64,000 nt of DNA from a virus: the IMG/VR virus record IMGVR_UViG_3300045988_135095; one strand, written 5' to 3'. The translations under genes were made by a program, and so were the position numbers. The stretch's first letter is position 1. Each line of letters starts with the position of its first letter. Under the pieces are notes generated by a model. That model was given only the letters and a program-made list of their open reading frames with translations, was not told the origin of the DNA and did no database searches. Shown one piece after another: positions 27,546 to 35,783 of this stretch.

Positions 27546-27747
27546 TTAATTTCTCATTATGTGACACTTAATAACCTTATGAACCGCATTTGGCTGAGAT
27601 TCATTAAAACTATTAATGAACTGACGTTCCATTTCCTTTGGGAAGATGGGCTTTGTCGGCTTCCTCATAGTGAGGACGGCTTGAATCTTTGCCCCCCCCA
27701 TCCAAAGTAAGCAGACATCTGCGAGTAATCATTTCTCCAAACATCAT
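27546..27747 (-). pseudogene. small ORF interrupted at a G8 (plus-strand C8) homopolymer
   Basis: The ATG at 27747 gives 44 aa as sequenced. One G fewer at 27692..27699 gives a 66-aa ORF ending 5 nt before the next ATG (27541). Confidence 0.35.
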
Positions 27748-27751
27748 ATCC

Positions 27752-27991
27752 TTATCCGTTTACATAGTTGATAACGTGCTCCTGGGCTTGCTCATGCAAG
27801 TTGTCGAAAGCGTTTTCTATAACTTTTGCTACCTGCTGTCCGTTCAGATTGTTTAGCATTTCGCCAACAACTTTTACCTGATGTTCTATAGGTAAAGAAC
27901 AGAACTCTTCAACAAGGAAGCTTTTCTGATGGTTTTCAGACATATCGTGAAATAAGTCTGATAAATCTACGTTTGCTTTATATACTGACAT
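27752..27991 (-). CDS. hypothetical protein
   Basis: Track ORF, 79 aa. Confidence 0.4.
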   Translation of the reverse strand: MSVYKANVDLSDLFHDMSENHQKSFLVEEFCSLPIEHQVKVVGEMLNNLNGQQVAKVIENAFDNLHEQAQEHVINYVNG

Positions 27992-27995
27992 ACTC

Positions 27996-28502
27996 TTAAT
28001 CGAAAATATGATGGTTCAACTTTCTCTTTCTGAGGTTTCTCTTAATCACTTCCATATCCTTGTGGTCGTTAGTGTGGTCCGCAAGAAGCTTGATGATTTC
28101 ATAGATGTCATTTGCGTTATCCTCCAGGTTGGCGCAAATGCTCTCGTCACCGAAGAAACTCTTATTAAAGGGTTTCAAATGGAAGTAGTACTTTTTGGCT
28201 GCATCCTGCATCTGAGTGTAGTGCATCTTCTGCTCTTGCTTGTACTGAACGCTTAACAGCCTAAACATGCCCTGTTCATCTTTGATGAGCTGATCCAATA
28301 CATCTGTTACCATTGCAATCAAGCAGCCATTGACCTGCAGGCGTTGAATAATCTTTTCCTGCTTCAAGCCAGATGTTACACCAAGCTCTGAGAGTGTAAC
28401 CTTCAAATCGTTTACTGTAACTTTCTCTTTTCCCATTGTCTTACATTTAATTGTCAAACCATAAACCTGCATATCTCCATTCCCAATGAAGGCAAGTGTC
28501 AT
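27996..28502 (-). CDS. hypothetical protein
   Basis: Track ORF with ATG start. Alternative ATG at 28436 (MGKEKVTV). Confidence 0.4.
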   Translation of the reverse strand: MTLAFIGNGDMQVYGLTIKCKTMGKEKVTVNDLKVTLSELGVTSGLKQEKIIQRLQVNGCLIAMVTDVLDQLIKDEQGMFRLLSVQYKQEQKMHYTQMQDAAKKYYFHLKPFNKSFFGDESICANLEDNANDIYEIIKLLADHTNDHKDMEVIKRNLRKRKLNHHIFD

Positions 28503-28568
28503 TAGGCTTCTTGCCTTTACTATAGCATATCTCGGAAGCTATACAATTACTACATATATGCTTCATAA

Positions 28569-28949
28569 TCATGGAAGTTTTGATATCATATAATCTAACT
28601 CCTTATCTGTAATATCCAGATTGTTCTTACGCTTGAACTTGATGATAGCATCAATTCCGACCTCGCCTTCAACCAACTGGTAGATGGCATCCTTATCAAA
28701 TCCCTTGTCTAGAACCTTGATAAGCTCCATTCCCAAATCATGGATTTTCTGCTGAAACTCCTTTTTGAGGTCTGCGTTAATTCGCTCTAAAGCTTCTGCT
28801 TTCTGACTAAATCCGCATCCTCCCTCAATGGCGAAGTCGTTATTGATGTTCTGACACATCTGGTCAATGTCCTTGCTACCGAAGAACTGAGCGAAATAGG
28901 TATCGCCCTTCAAGGACTGTAGAATATCGATTTCTTCTTGCTTTGTCAT
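28569..28949 (-). CDS. hypothetical protein
   Basis: Track ORF, 126 aa. AGGAGG SD upstream. Confidence 0.45.
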   Translation of the reverse strand: MTKQEEIDILQSLKGDTYFAQFFGSKDIDQMCQNINNDFAIEGGCGFSQKAEALERINADLKKEFQQKIHDLGMELIKVLDKGFDKDAIYQLVEGEVGIDAIIKFKRKNNLDITDKELDYMISKLP

Positions 28950-28966
28950 AACTAATCCTCCTTTCT

Positions 28967-29383
28967 TTATTTATCAAATTCTTCACGCAACTCAATAAGT
29001 TTGTTTGTGAAATAAACCATAGTTTCTTTCAAAAGTGAAACCATGTCTTTGTGATTGAGTATGTCGCCAACCGCTGTGTAGTACTTAAGATTATCGTTCG
29101 CCTCAATAAGGTCAAATTCTCCACAGCTTGCCACATTGGTGTTGAAAGACTCTTCCTGGAAGAAGCCATTTTTTTTCTGGTAACGAATCACCAGGCTTCT
29201 GTTTCTTTCGACTCCTTTTAAATTCAAACAAACGTTAAGTGACTTAAAACCAAAATCGATATATTCTACCTCCCAATCAGGACAAACTGAAATTACATTA
29301 ATAATCTTAATCTTGGCTGACTCAAGTGTATTCTTGATGTTCTTTCTAACCTCTTCCTTCTTTGTTTCAACTGAATTGTTCAT
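28967..29383 (-). CDS. hypothetical protein, first gene behind promoter cassette A
   Basis: Track ORF, 138 aa. The conserved leader GTTGAACCAATTAAAATTATAAAAGATT precedes the ATG. Confidence 0.45.
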   Translation of the reverse strand: MNNSVETKKEEVRKNIKNTLESAKIKIINVISVCPDWEVEYIDFGFKSLNVCLNLKGVERNRSLVIRYQKKNGFFQEESFNTNVASCGEFDLIEANDNLKYYTAVGDILNHKDMVSLLKETMVYFTNKLIELREEFDK

Positions 29384-29525
29384 AATCTTTTATAATTTTA
29401 ATTGGTTCAACTTATAAGGTAGGCTCTGAATAGTCAAAAGTACTACCTTTATCTATATGCAAAGGTACGAAAATTTTCTGATATATGCAAATATACCAAT
29501 GATTATTTTAGTTAAAAATACTAAA
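29384..29525 (-). repeat. 142-bp promoter/leader cassette, copy A
   Basis: Near-identical to 38778..38919 and 53058..53199. Partial copies lie at about 47340..47462 and 33541..33610. Confidence 0.8.
29460..29491 (-). promoter_or_regulatory. promoter TTTG-N20-TACCTTTG (cassette A)
   Basis: Minus strand reads TATATTTGCATATATCAGAAAATTTTCGTACCTTTG. Confidence 0.6.
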
Positions 29526-29552
29526 ACCATTAAATATATGCGAATATATCCG

Positions 29553-29560
29553 TAATTTTG
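29553..29560 (+). promoter_or_regulatory. -7-like box TAATTTTG upstream of the portal gene
   Basis: 23 nt upstream of the ATG at 29583. No -33 TTTG at the canonical spacing. Confidence 0.3.
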
Positions 29561-29582
29561 CCAAATCAAAACTTCGAAGATT

Positions 29583-30998
29583 ATGATAGATTTTAATGAA
29601 CTTTTTAAAAGAAATGACGTTGGCAGCATCATAGGAGAGCTGAAACAACGCGTGTTGGATATTCCACTTTGGAGTACCCTGTTATCTGAGTATGAGCCTA
29701 TGCTACATGAAATCGTAAACGACCACGTTGGCAGACAGGACAGAACTCTTGATGACGGAATTGTAGAAAAGGCAGCTAGATTGCCTGTCGGATTGGAGAA
29801 GCTTCTTACACGAAGAATCTCTGAGTTCACAATGGCTATACCGGTCAAGCGTGTATATACGTATGATCAGGCTGACGAGGAACTGAAGACGATTGTGCGT
29901 GCCATCGAGAAAATCTACACCTGTGCACACATTGATGCCGTGAACATGCACAGAGCAAAGTGCTATTACGCCTCTTGTCAGATGTTTACACTTTGGTACA
30001 CGCAGAAGAAGCCTAACAAGCTCTACGGGTTCAACAGTCAGTACAAACTGAAATGCAAGACATTCTCTCCAATGGACGGAGTTGACATCTATCCTTACTT
30101 TGATGAGTATGACGACTTGCTTGCTCTGTCATTCGAGTATAAGCGTAAGGTTACTGACACAGAGCACACCTTCTTCGAGACCTATACCGCAGACCATCAT
30201 TACAAGTGGGACCTGTCTTCAGACGACGAAGAGTCCGGATGGAATTTGGTGGATGATAATGAGATTTCTATCGACAAGATTCCAGCCGTGTTCTGGTACC
30301 GGCACAAGCCATGCTGGGAAGGATTGAAACCTATCCGTGAGAATATCGAGTACACCATTTCCCGAAACAGCGATGTTGTGGCATACAATTCCGCTCCTGT
30401 CTTGAAGATTGCCGGTGCCATCGTTGGAATGGAGCGAAAGGGAGAGAGCAAGAGGGTGTATAGAGTCAGCGAAGACGGCGATGTTAGCTACGTGTCTTGG
30501 CAGCAGGCTATCGAGGCTCTTAAGTATCACGTTGACACTCTCGTCAAGCTTTTCTTCATGCAGTCTCAGATGCCGGACATCAGTTTCGAGAATATGAAGA
30601 GCCTTGGCAATATCGGCTATGATTCAAGAAAGACACTCCTCATGGATGCCCATCTTAAGATAGGAGAGGAGACTGGTGCCTGGATTGAAGGCTTCGAGAG
30701 AGAGGCCAACGTCATAAAGGCGTTCCTTTCCAAGATGAACACGAAATGGGCAGCTAGAATGGATGAGATTACTGTAGAGCACATTATCACTCCATTCATC
30801 CAGGAGGATGAGAATACCCAGATTGACAAATGGCTTAAGGCTAACGGCAACAAGCCTCTCGTCAGCCAGAAGGAATCTATTCAGCGTGCCGGTCTTTCCG
30901 ATGATCCTGACAAGACTTTCAACGAGATTCAAGGAGAAGAGGAAGTAGAGGCCACAAGAACAGCAGCTTCTATGCCTAACTTATTCTCGGAGGAATAG
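29583..30998 (+). CDS. portal protein
   Basis: 471 aa. Followed by a head-morphogenesis gene. The N-terminal region resembles SPP1-type portals by eye. Confidence 0.75.
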   Translation: MIDFNELFKRNDVGSIIGELKQRVLDIPLWSTLLSEYEPMLHEIVNDHVGRQDRTLDDGIVEKAARLPVGLEKLLTRRISEFTMAIPVKRVYTYDQADEELKTIVRAIEKIYTCAHIDAVNMHRAKCYYASCQMFTLWYTQKKPNKLYGFNSQYKLKCKTFSPMDGVDIYPYFDEYDDLLALSFEYKRKVTDTEHTFFETYTADHHYKWDLSSDDEESGWNLVDDNEISIDKIPAVFWYRHKPCWEGLKPIRENIEYTISRNSDVVAYNSAPVLKIAGAIVGMERKGESKRVYRVSEDGDVSYVSWQQAIEALKYHVDTLVKLFFMQSQMPDISFENMKSLGNIGYDSRKTLLMDAHLKIGEETGAWIEGFEREANVIKAFLSKMNTKWAARMDEITVEHIITPFIQEDENTQIDKWLKANGNKPLVSQKESIQRAGLSDDPDKTFNEIQGEEEVEATRTAASMPNLFSEE

Positions 30999-31000
30999 CC

Positions 31001-31195
31001 ATGAGAAAGAAGAAGGAAGAAGAGAAACTGCACTTTTGCCGTGAATGTGCTCATGCTACTGACTTTCATAGTATGAGCCTTAAAGGTCAGCCTATCCTAG
31101 CCAAATGCCCATATCAAGAATGGAGCGTTCTTCTCAACTGGGATTGCTGCCAACACTTTAAAATGAAATTGTATGAAAAAGCCAAAACTGCCTAA
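31001..31195 (+). CDS. small Cys-rich protein
   Basis: 64 aa with CRECAH...CPYQ...CCQHF. GGAGGAA SD upstream. Confidence 0.35.
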   Translation: MRKKKEEEKLHFCRECAHATDFHSMSLKGQPILAKCPYQEWSVLLNWDCCQHFKMKLYEKAKTA

Positions 31196-32555
31196 TCAGA
31201 AAAAGGCATATAAAGACCTTGGCAAGAGACTGAACGCTTATACCCGGAAAATCATTTCCATATATGAGACTCTTGCCAAGGAGTCCGCTAAAATCGCCAC
31301 CTCCACCGACTTCGATGGGGATGGCGAGTTCTCTTTTGATGATTACCCTAGAACAGAAAGGAAGGTAAACGCCTTGTTGGATTACTATTCAAACAATATG
31401 CAGGCCTTGGTCTATAATGGCATATCGGACGAATGGAAGAATAGTAACACCCTGCAGGACCTACTTGCCAAAAGGGTAATCGGCACCTTTACTAGGAAGA
31501 TAGCGGACGCAAAGCAGAAAGCTTACTTTGAGCACAACAACGCGGCAAAGAAGGCTTTCATGGAGAGAAAGATTAAAGGTCTAGGTCTTTCAGAAAGAAT
31601 ATGGAACCAGAGAGCTGATGTAAAGGAGGCTCTGGAGAAATCTCTGTCTGTCGGCATAGAGAAGGGTATGAGTGCTGTTAAACTCAGCAAGAAGGTCAGC
31701 AAGTACCTTAATGATTATCCATCACTTGCCAAAGACTATAAGAAGAAATACGGCAAAGCCATAACTATTCAGAACTGCGAGTACAGAAGCGTTCGCCTGG
31801 CACGTAACGAGATAAACATGGCCTACCGTTCTGCCGAGCAAGAAAGATGGGCAAGGATGGACTACATTAAAGGCAAGGAAATAAAGACTACCAACAACCC
31901 AAGTCATAAGCACGATATGTGTGATTTGCTTGCAGGTGTCTATCCGAGTTATTTTCCTTGGGTTGGTTGGCACGTAAATTGTATGTGCTATGCCATCCCG
32001 GTAATAATGAGCGAGAAAGAGTATTGGAGTGGGAAACAGCCAAGCAATGCTATGCCTAAGAACTTCACAAATTGGGTGAATGACAATAAAGACAAGGTGA
32101 AGCAATCATCCTATATCACCCAATACGCTCGCTCTGAAAGGTCACAAAGGCAAGTTCGAATAGCTGCACAGAACTCACCAGAGGTGAGGGAAAGACTTCG
32201 AGAATTCATTAATGAGACAATGCAAACAAAATTTAAAGAGGTAGAGCTACCAGACGGTCAAACGGCTAGAAGGCTTTATCTCAATAATAATAATGAGGAA
32301 TTTGTGGTAGGACGAAATTTCTTTTCTGAAACGATGGCAAAGAATATTAGAAATAGAAGACTTAGCGAAACAATACAAATTGCAGCCGATGTAAACGAAT
32401 GGTTTCCTACAGCAACATTTGACAGGATTGAGGAAGGTAACCATCATGATTTTCAGTTCAAAGTATTCCATGCTACTTATCAAGGAAAACGAATAGAATG
32501 TAAGGCTAAACTTACAAGTGAAAATATCCTTTATACTATGAGATTACTAAACTAA
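31173..32555 (+). CDS. head morphogenesis protein (SPP1 gp7 / Mu F-like)
   Basis: 460 aa. VRLARNEINMAYRSAEQ resembles the Mu-F/gp7 core. Adjacent to the portal gene. Confidence 0.7.
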   Translation: MKKPKLPNQKKAYKDLGKRLNAYTRKIISIYETLAKESAKIATSTDFDGDGEFSFDDYPRTERKVNALLDYYSNNMQALVYNGISDEWKNSNTLQDLLAKRVIGTFTRKIADAKQKAYFEHNNAAKKAFMERKIKGLGLSERIWNQRADVKEALEKSLSVGIEKGMSAVKLSKKVSKYLNDYPSLAKDYKKKYGKAITIQNCEYRSVRLARNEINMAYRSAEQERWARMDYIKGKEIKTTNNPSHKHDMCDLLAGVYPSYFPWVGWHVNCMCYAIPVIMSEKEYWSGKQPSNAMPKNFTNWVNDNKDKVKQSSYITQYARSERSQRQVRIAAQNSPEVRERLREFINETMQTKFKEVELPDGQTARRLYLNNNNEEFVVGRNFFSETMAKNIRNRRLSETIQIAADVNEWFPTATFDRIEEGNHHDFQFKVFHATYQGKRIECKAKLTSENILYTMRLLN

Positions 32556-32646
32556 AAAAACAAGGGATTGGAAACCCTCCCGAAGTCTGCATCCGAAGAC
32601 CGACGTGTGAGAGGTCTATCCAATCCCTATTTATCTTTTTCCTTCA
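32554..32646 (-). ncRNA. candidate ~93-nt structured RNA; its outer hairpin could also act as a bidirectional terminator
   Basis: Own promoter (32653..32684). 10-bp outer stem AGGGATTGGA/TCCAATCCCT (32563..32628), two UUCG loops, then TGTTTTTTT. No ORF longer than about 18 codons. Confidence 0.35.
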
Positions 32647-32652
32647 CCGCTG

Positions 32653-32684
32653 CAAAGGTAATATTTTATTTTGGAAAATCCAAA
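32653..32684 (-). promoter_or_regulatory. promoter TTTG-N20-TACCTTTG with no ORF downstream
   Basis: Minus strand reads GATTTGGATTTTCCAAAATAAAATATTACCTTTG. Confidence 0.45.
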
Positions 32685-32708
32685 TCTTTTCTTGGAATTT
32701 TAATTGGT

Positions 32709-33413
32709 TCAAGCCCTCGTTGGTGCATTTAATGTCTTATAAGCATCAAAAGCTAATGTGCTCACGTGCTCACTGATGGTGGTGGAGATTGTCATAATGT
32801 CTCCCATAAGGAGCATCGTCTCGCCCTTTCCGACCTCTGTAATGAGATTCAAAAGGCAGTTGATTTCATCCTTAAGCGTCTCGGCTTTCTTCATCAGCGG
32901 TGTTGGCGGCTCGACCTTGACCTCTTTCTTCTTCTCGCCAGATTGAGAAGCAATACACTTCTCAACAGCCTTCGGCACTCTCGGCTTCGGGAGGTTGCAG
33001 ATGATGTTCTTCTCCTTCAATGCGAGAAGCCAGCGTCTGCCTCGCTCCGTCCAAAGAGGTCTTCTTGTGTACTTGCCCTTGATGACGTGTGTAGTCACCT
33101 CAGTTAGCTGATAGGTGGAGTAGGGACTTGTCAGCATCCACTCATAACCCTGGTTGAACGCAAGGCCAACCTCCTTCAGCTCTTCGTACAGCTTCTGTGC
33201 GCTGCTCATGCCCAACTCCTTCGCCATCTGCGTAGTGGAATAGACACCCTTTGTCATGTCGCACTTCTGCACTCTCTTGAAGCACTCATCGATTCTCTCC
33301 TGGAGATCACCGGTGATTTCCTTCTGTCTTGTTAACCACTCCTGGTCCTTTTTAAATTCGACCAGCATTTCCTTTGCGAACTCTTTCAAGCTCATATCTG
33401 CATTTGTTGCCAT
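32709..33413 (-). CDS. antirepressor-like protein (KilAC/ANT-type C-domain)
   Basis: Starts at the ATG at 33413. YSTTQMAKELGMSSAQKLYEELKEVGL...WMLT...WTERGRRWL resembles the KilAC domain (from memory). Has its own promoter. Confidence 0.5.
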   Translation of the reverse strand: MATNADMSLKEFAKEMLVEFKKDQEWLTRQKEITGDLQERIDECFKRVQKCDMTKGVYSTTQMAKELGMSSAQKLYEELKEVGLAFNQGYEWMLTSPYSTYQLTEVTTHVIKGKYTRRPLWTERGRRWLLALKEKNIICNLPKPRVPKAVEKCIASQSGEKKKEVKVEPPTPLMKKAETLKDEINCLLNLITEVGKGETMLLMGDIMTISTTISEHVSTLAFDAYKTLNAPTRA

Positions 33414-33445
33414 AAGAATCTGTTTAAGCAACCATCGAGCTCATT

Positions 33446-33534
33446 TAATAAAGAAGGGCAGCCGCTCATTACGCCCTCAGATTCACCTCTGCTAGCGTCC
33501 CAGCTTCGGCAGGTCGTAACAATGCAGTTGCCCT
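33446..33534 (-). promoter_or_regulatory. GC-rich structured element with terminator-like end inside the ~160-nt antirepressor leader
   Basis: 11-bp long-range stem AGGGCAACTGC/GCGGCTGCCCT (1 mismatch) followed by TCTTTATT. Inner hairpin CCTGC-CGAA-GCTGG. Confidence 0.35.
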
Positions 33535-33578
33535 ATTTAGTAGGCTCTTAGACAAAATTACTACCTTTATCCTATATG

Positions 33579-33610
33579 CAAAGGTACGAAAATTTTGTCA
33601 GATTACCAAA
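33579..33610 (-). promoter_or_regulatory. promoter TTTG-N20-TACCTTTG (cassette E)
   Basis: Core promoter spacing matches the other cassettes. Confidence 0.55.
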
Positions 33611-33624
33611 TCTTTTAACCTAAA

Positions 33625-35373
33625 TTACGAATTTAATTTGTTGGAAATCAGAGAGTTAGATTTGAGGTAAGCGATAAACTTATCAAGCATTCTTGACGTT
33701 CGCTCTCTAATATCCGTTTCTGTAAAATCTGTCAACGTCTGTGACAGCATTCGTAATTCGTGTATCTTAGTTCCAATCCTCTCGCCTGTGGATTTGAACT
33801 CACCATTATAATACTTAATCTTGTCAGCAAATCTGTAATCGGATGCCCGAATATTAACTCTTCGCTCCAATACCGATTTGTTTCCCAACATTTCAAGAAC
33901 CTCGTCACTCGACAATCCACCTTCCTTGACTTGTCTGTTCCTTGGGAAGATGTGCTCAATGTCATATGTTGCGTCAAGAGGAAGCAATTCCTGGCTATCG
34001 AAAGAGAATGCCCACCACACAATCATCGACTTCGTAATCGCACGAGTGTTTGAAAAACTGAAGTTGGTAAATTGCGAACGGAACAATTCCTCTTGGAATA
34101 GATAGTTCTCGAAAGCAATCTCTTTGTTCTCTATGATATTCACCATCTCATTGAATACCGGTGCTCGCAAGGCTGTTATTCCTGGGTTGCTGATAGCATA
34201 TGCCCAAATAAAGCCTATCAAACGATTCAAGAACAAATAGAACTTCTCGTTGTCTAGCATATTCTCAGCATTCTTATAGTGCATGAAATATACTGATACG
34301 ATATATGTCCATAAACTGTTAGGCGCATAATTCAATACAAACAAGCGCTTTAGTACATCCACGGAAAAACGATCTTCGTTCTGAGAATATACATCTTTCC
34401 AGAAGTCCGCAAGCAAGACTAGATTCTCTAAAGTCTGCTCTCGTCGAAGTAGAACATATCCATCTTTCTCATAGAACTTACGAAGTCCTTCTGTCATAGA
34501 ACTACGATTAGTCAGCAATGCCCTCTCGTAGTACATATAGCGTGTAAACAACTCATCCAAAGGTGTTCCACGATATGGGTGGAATATTTTTGTAACGAGT
34601 TCGTCAAGCTCTTTCCATGTAGTGATAAACTCTTCCTTCTTTCCGATGGATGAGTAGAACTTATAGAGCTGTGCCTTGAAGATGTCTGAGTCAGACAATG
34701 GCTTACCTCTATCATTAAGCGTCGAGAATATCCTAAGAGCAGTATCTTGCGATTCTGCCTCTATTGGAAGTAGCACACAGTTATTGAGTATGCGAGCTGG
34801 ATATAATGCAAAGAAAGAAGGATATTCTTCAATGAATTTTCCTATCTTGTCTTGAAAGTATCTGAAGTTGGCAGCATACCGGCTTTTCCCTTCTGATGTT
34901 CCTTTCCGGAGTATATCCATAAACTCTTCCTTGTCGTTATCAGTTGCAACCTCCGAATTTATCTTCAAGTCGTTTGGATCATACTCTCCGAACTCATTTG
35001 CTCTCCAAATGCACTTTTCTATGTCCTCTCGCATCTTGATAGAACGATTGTCTTTCATGTGCTCCAGGCGATTGTAGAAAGCTCGCAGTAAGAGAAGCAA
35101 GGTCGTAAGACGCTGCTGACCGTCAATGATTTCAAGTTTCCCTTCGTCATTACGGAATGTTACTATAGGACCGAGAAAGTAACTCTCTGAAGAATCGAAG
35201 CTGTCGCAGTTGTTATTCGGGAATGAAAAGGAAAATAAGTCTTCCCATAAGACCTTACATTCGTCTTCTCCCCAAGCATACGGACGCTGATAATCAGGAA
35301 TCAAGAACGTAGCTTTTTTATCTTGAAAAAGATACTTTACGTTCTTTTGATCTACTATAAGCTTTGATGACAT
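33625..35373 (-). CDS. GmrSD-family DUF262/DUF1524 nuclease (type IV restriction-like)
   Basis: 582 aa. N-terminal IPDYQRPYAW and IIDGQQRLTTL (DUF262). C-terminal DIEHIFPRN...N His-Me finger (DUF1524). Confidence 0.8.
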   Translation of the reverse strand: MSSKLIVDQKNVKYLFQDKKATFLIPDYQRPYAWGEDECKVLWEDLFSFSFPNNNCDSFDSSESYFLGPIVTFRNDEGKLEIIDGQQRLTTLLLLLRAFYNRLEHMKDNRSIKMREDIEKCIWRANEFGEYDPNDLKINSEVATDNDKEEFMDILRKGTSEGKSRYAANFRYFQDKIGKFIEEYPSFFALYPARILNNCVLLPIEAESQDTALRIFSTLNDRGKPLSDSDIFKAQLYKFYSSIGKKEEFITTWKELDELVTKIFHPYRGTPLDELFTRYMYYERALLTNRSSMTEGLRKFYEKDGYVLLRREQTLENLVLLADFWKDVYSQNEDRFSVDVLKRLFVLNYAPNSLWTYIVSVYFMHYKNAENMLDNEKFYLFLNRLIGFIWAYAISNPGITALRAPVFNEMVNIIENKEIAFENYLFQEELFRSQFTNFSFSNTRAITKSMIVWWAFSFDSQELLPLDATYDIEHIFPRNRQVKEGGLSSDEVLEMLGNKSVLERRVNIRASDYRFADKIKYYNGEFKSTGERIGTKIHELRMLSQTLTDFTETDIRERTSRMLDKFIAYLKSNSLISNKLNS

Positions 35374-35385
35374 AGCAATTACATT

Positions 35386-35682
35386 CTACTTTTCATCAAA
35401 CTCACCTTTCTCATCAAGATAGCGTACAGCTGCTTTCACGATAAACGAGAATCCTCTGAGTACAAAAGAACCTACCAGGCAAAGCAATGAGTCAATAACG
35501 TAGCCAAATGCCTGTACGCCACTAATACTTGAACTTTCATATCCATAACCGCCAGAAGTATTCAAGGCGTTTATCCAAGTTATAATTGAAACTATTATGG
35601 CTATAAATGAAACAACAGCTAAAATGTTCGAGATAGTTCCAAGATGGTTTCCTACCTGTGGAACAAATTTTCTATTTCCCAT
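35386..35682 (-). CDS. small two-helix membrane protein
   Basis: 98 aa with hydrophobic segments ILAVVSFIAIIVSIITWI and VIDSLLCLVGSFVL. Confidence 0.5.
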   Translation of the reverse strand: MGNRKFVPQVGNHLGTISNILAVVSFIAIIVSIITWINALNTSGGYGYESSSISGVQAFGYVIDSLLCLVGSFVLRGFSFIVKAAVRYLDEKGEFDEK

Positions 35683-35783
35683 ATGATGCGCCCGTCATGC
35701 CGGTAGCTAAGCTTTAGTTAATAATCCGTCTGTCAGATTAATAACGCATCATATGGTACTTTATTGTGTTGAACCAAAAAAAT

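Noticed and set aside
29453-29848. 131-aa minus-strand ORF spanning cassette A and the portal 5-prime end
   Set aside because: It starts inside the portal gene on the opposite strand and runs through the promoter cassette. Its hydrophobic, low-complexity product is not supported by packing or start signals.
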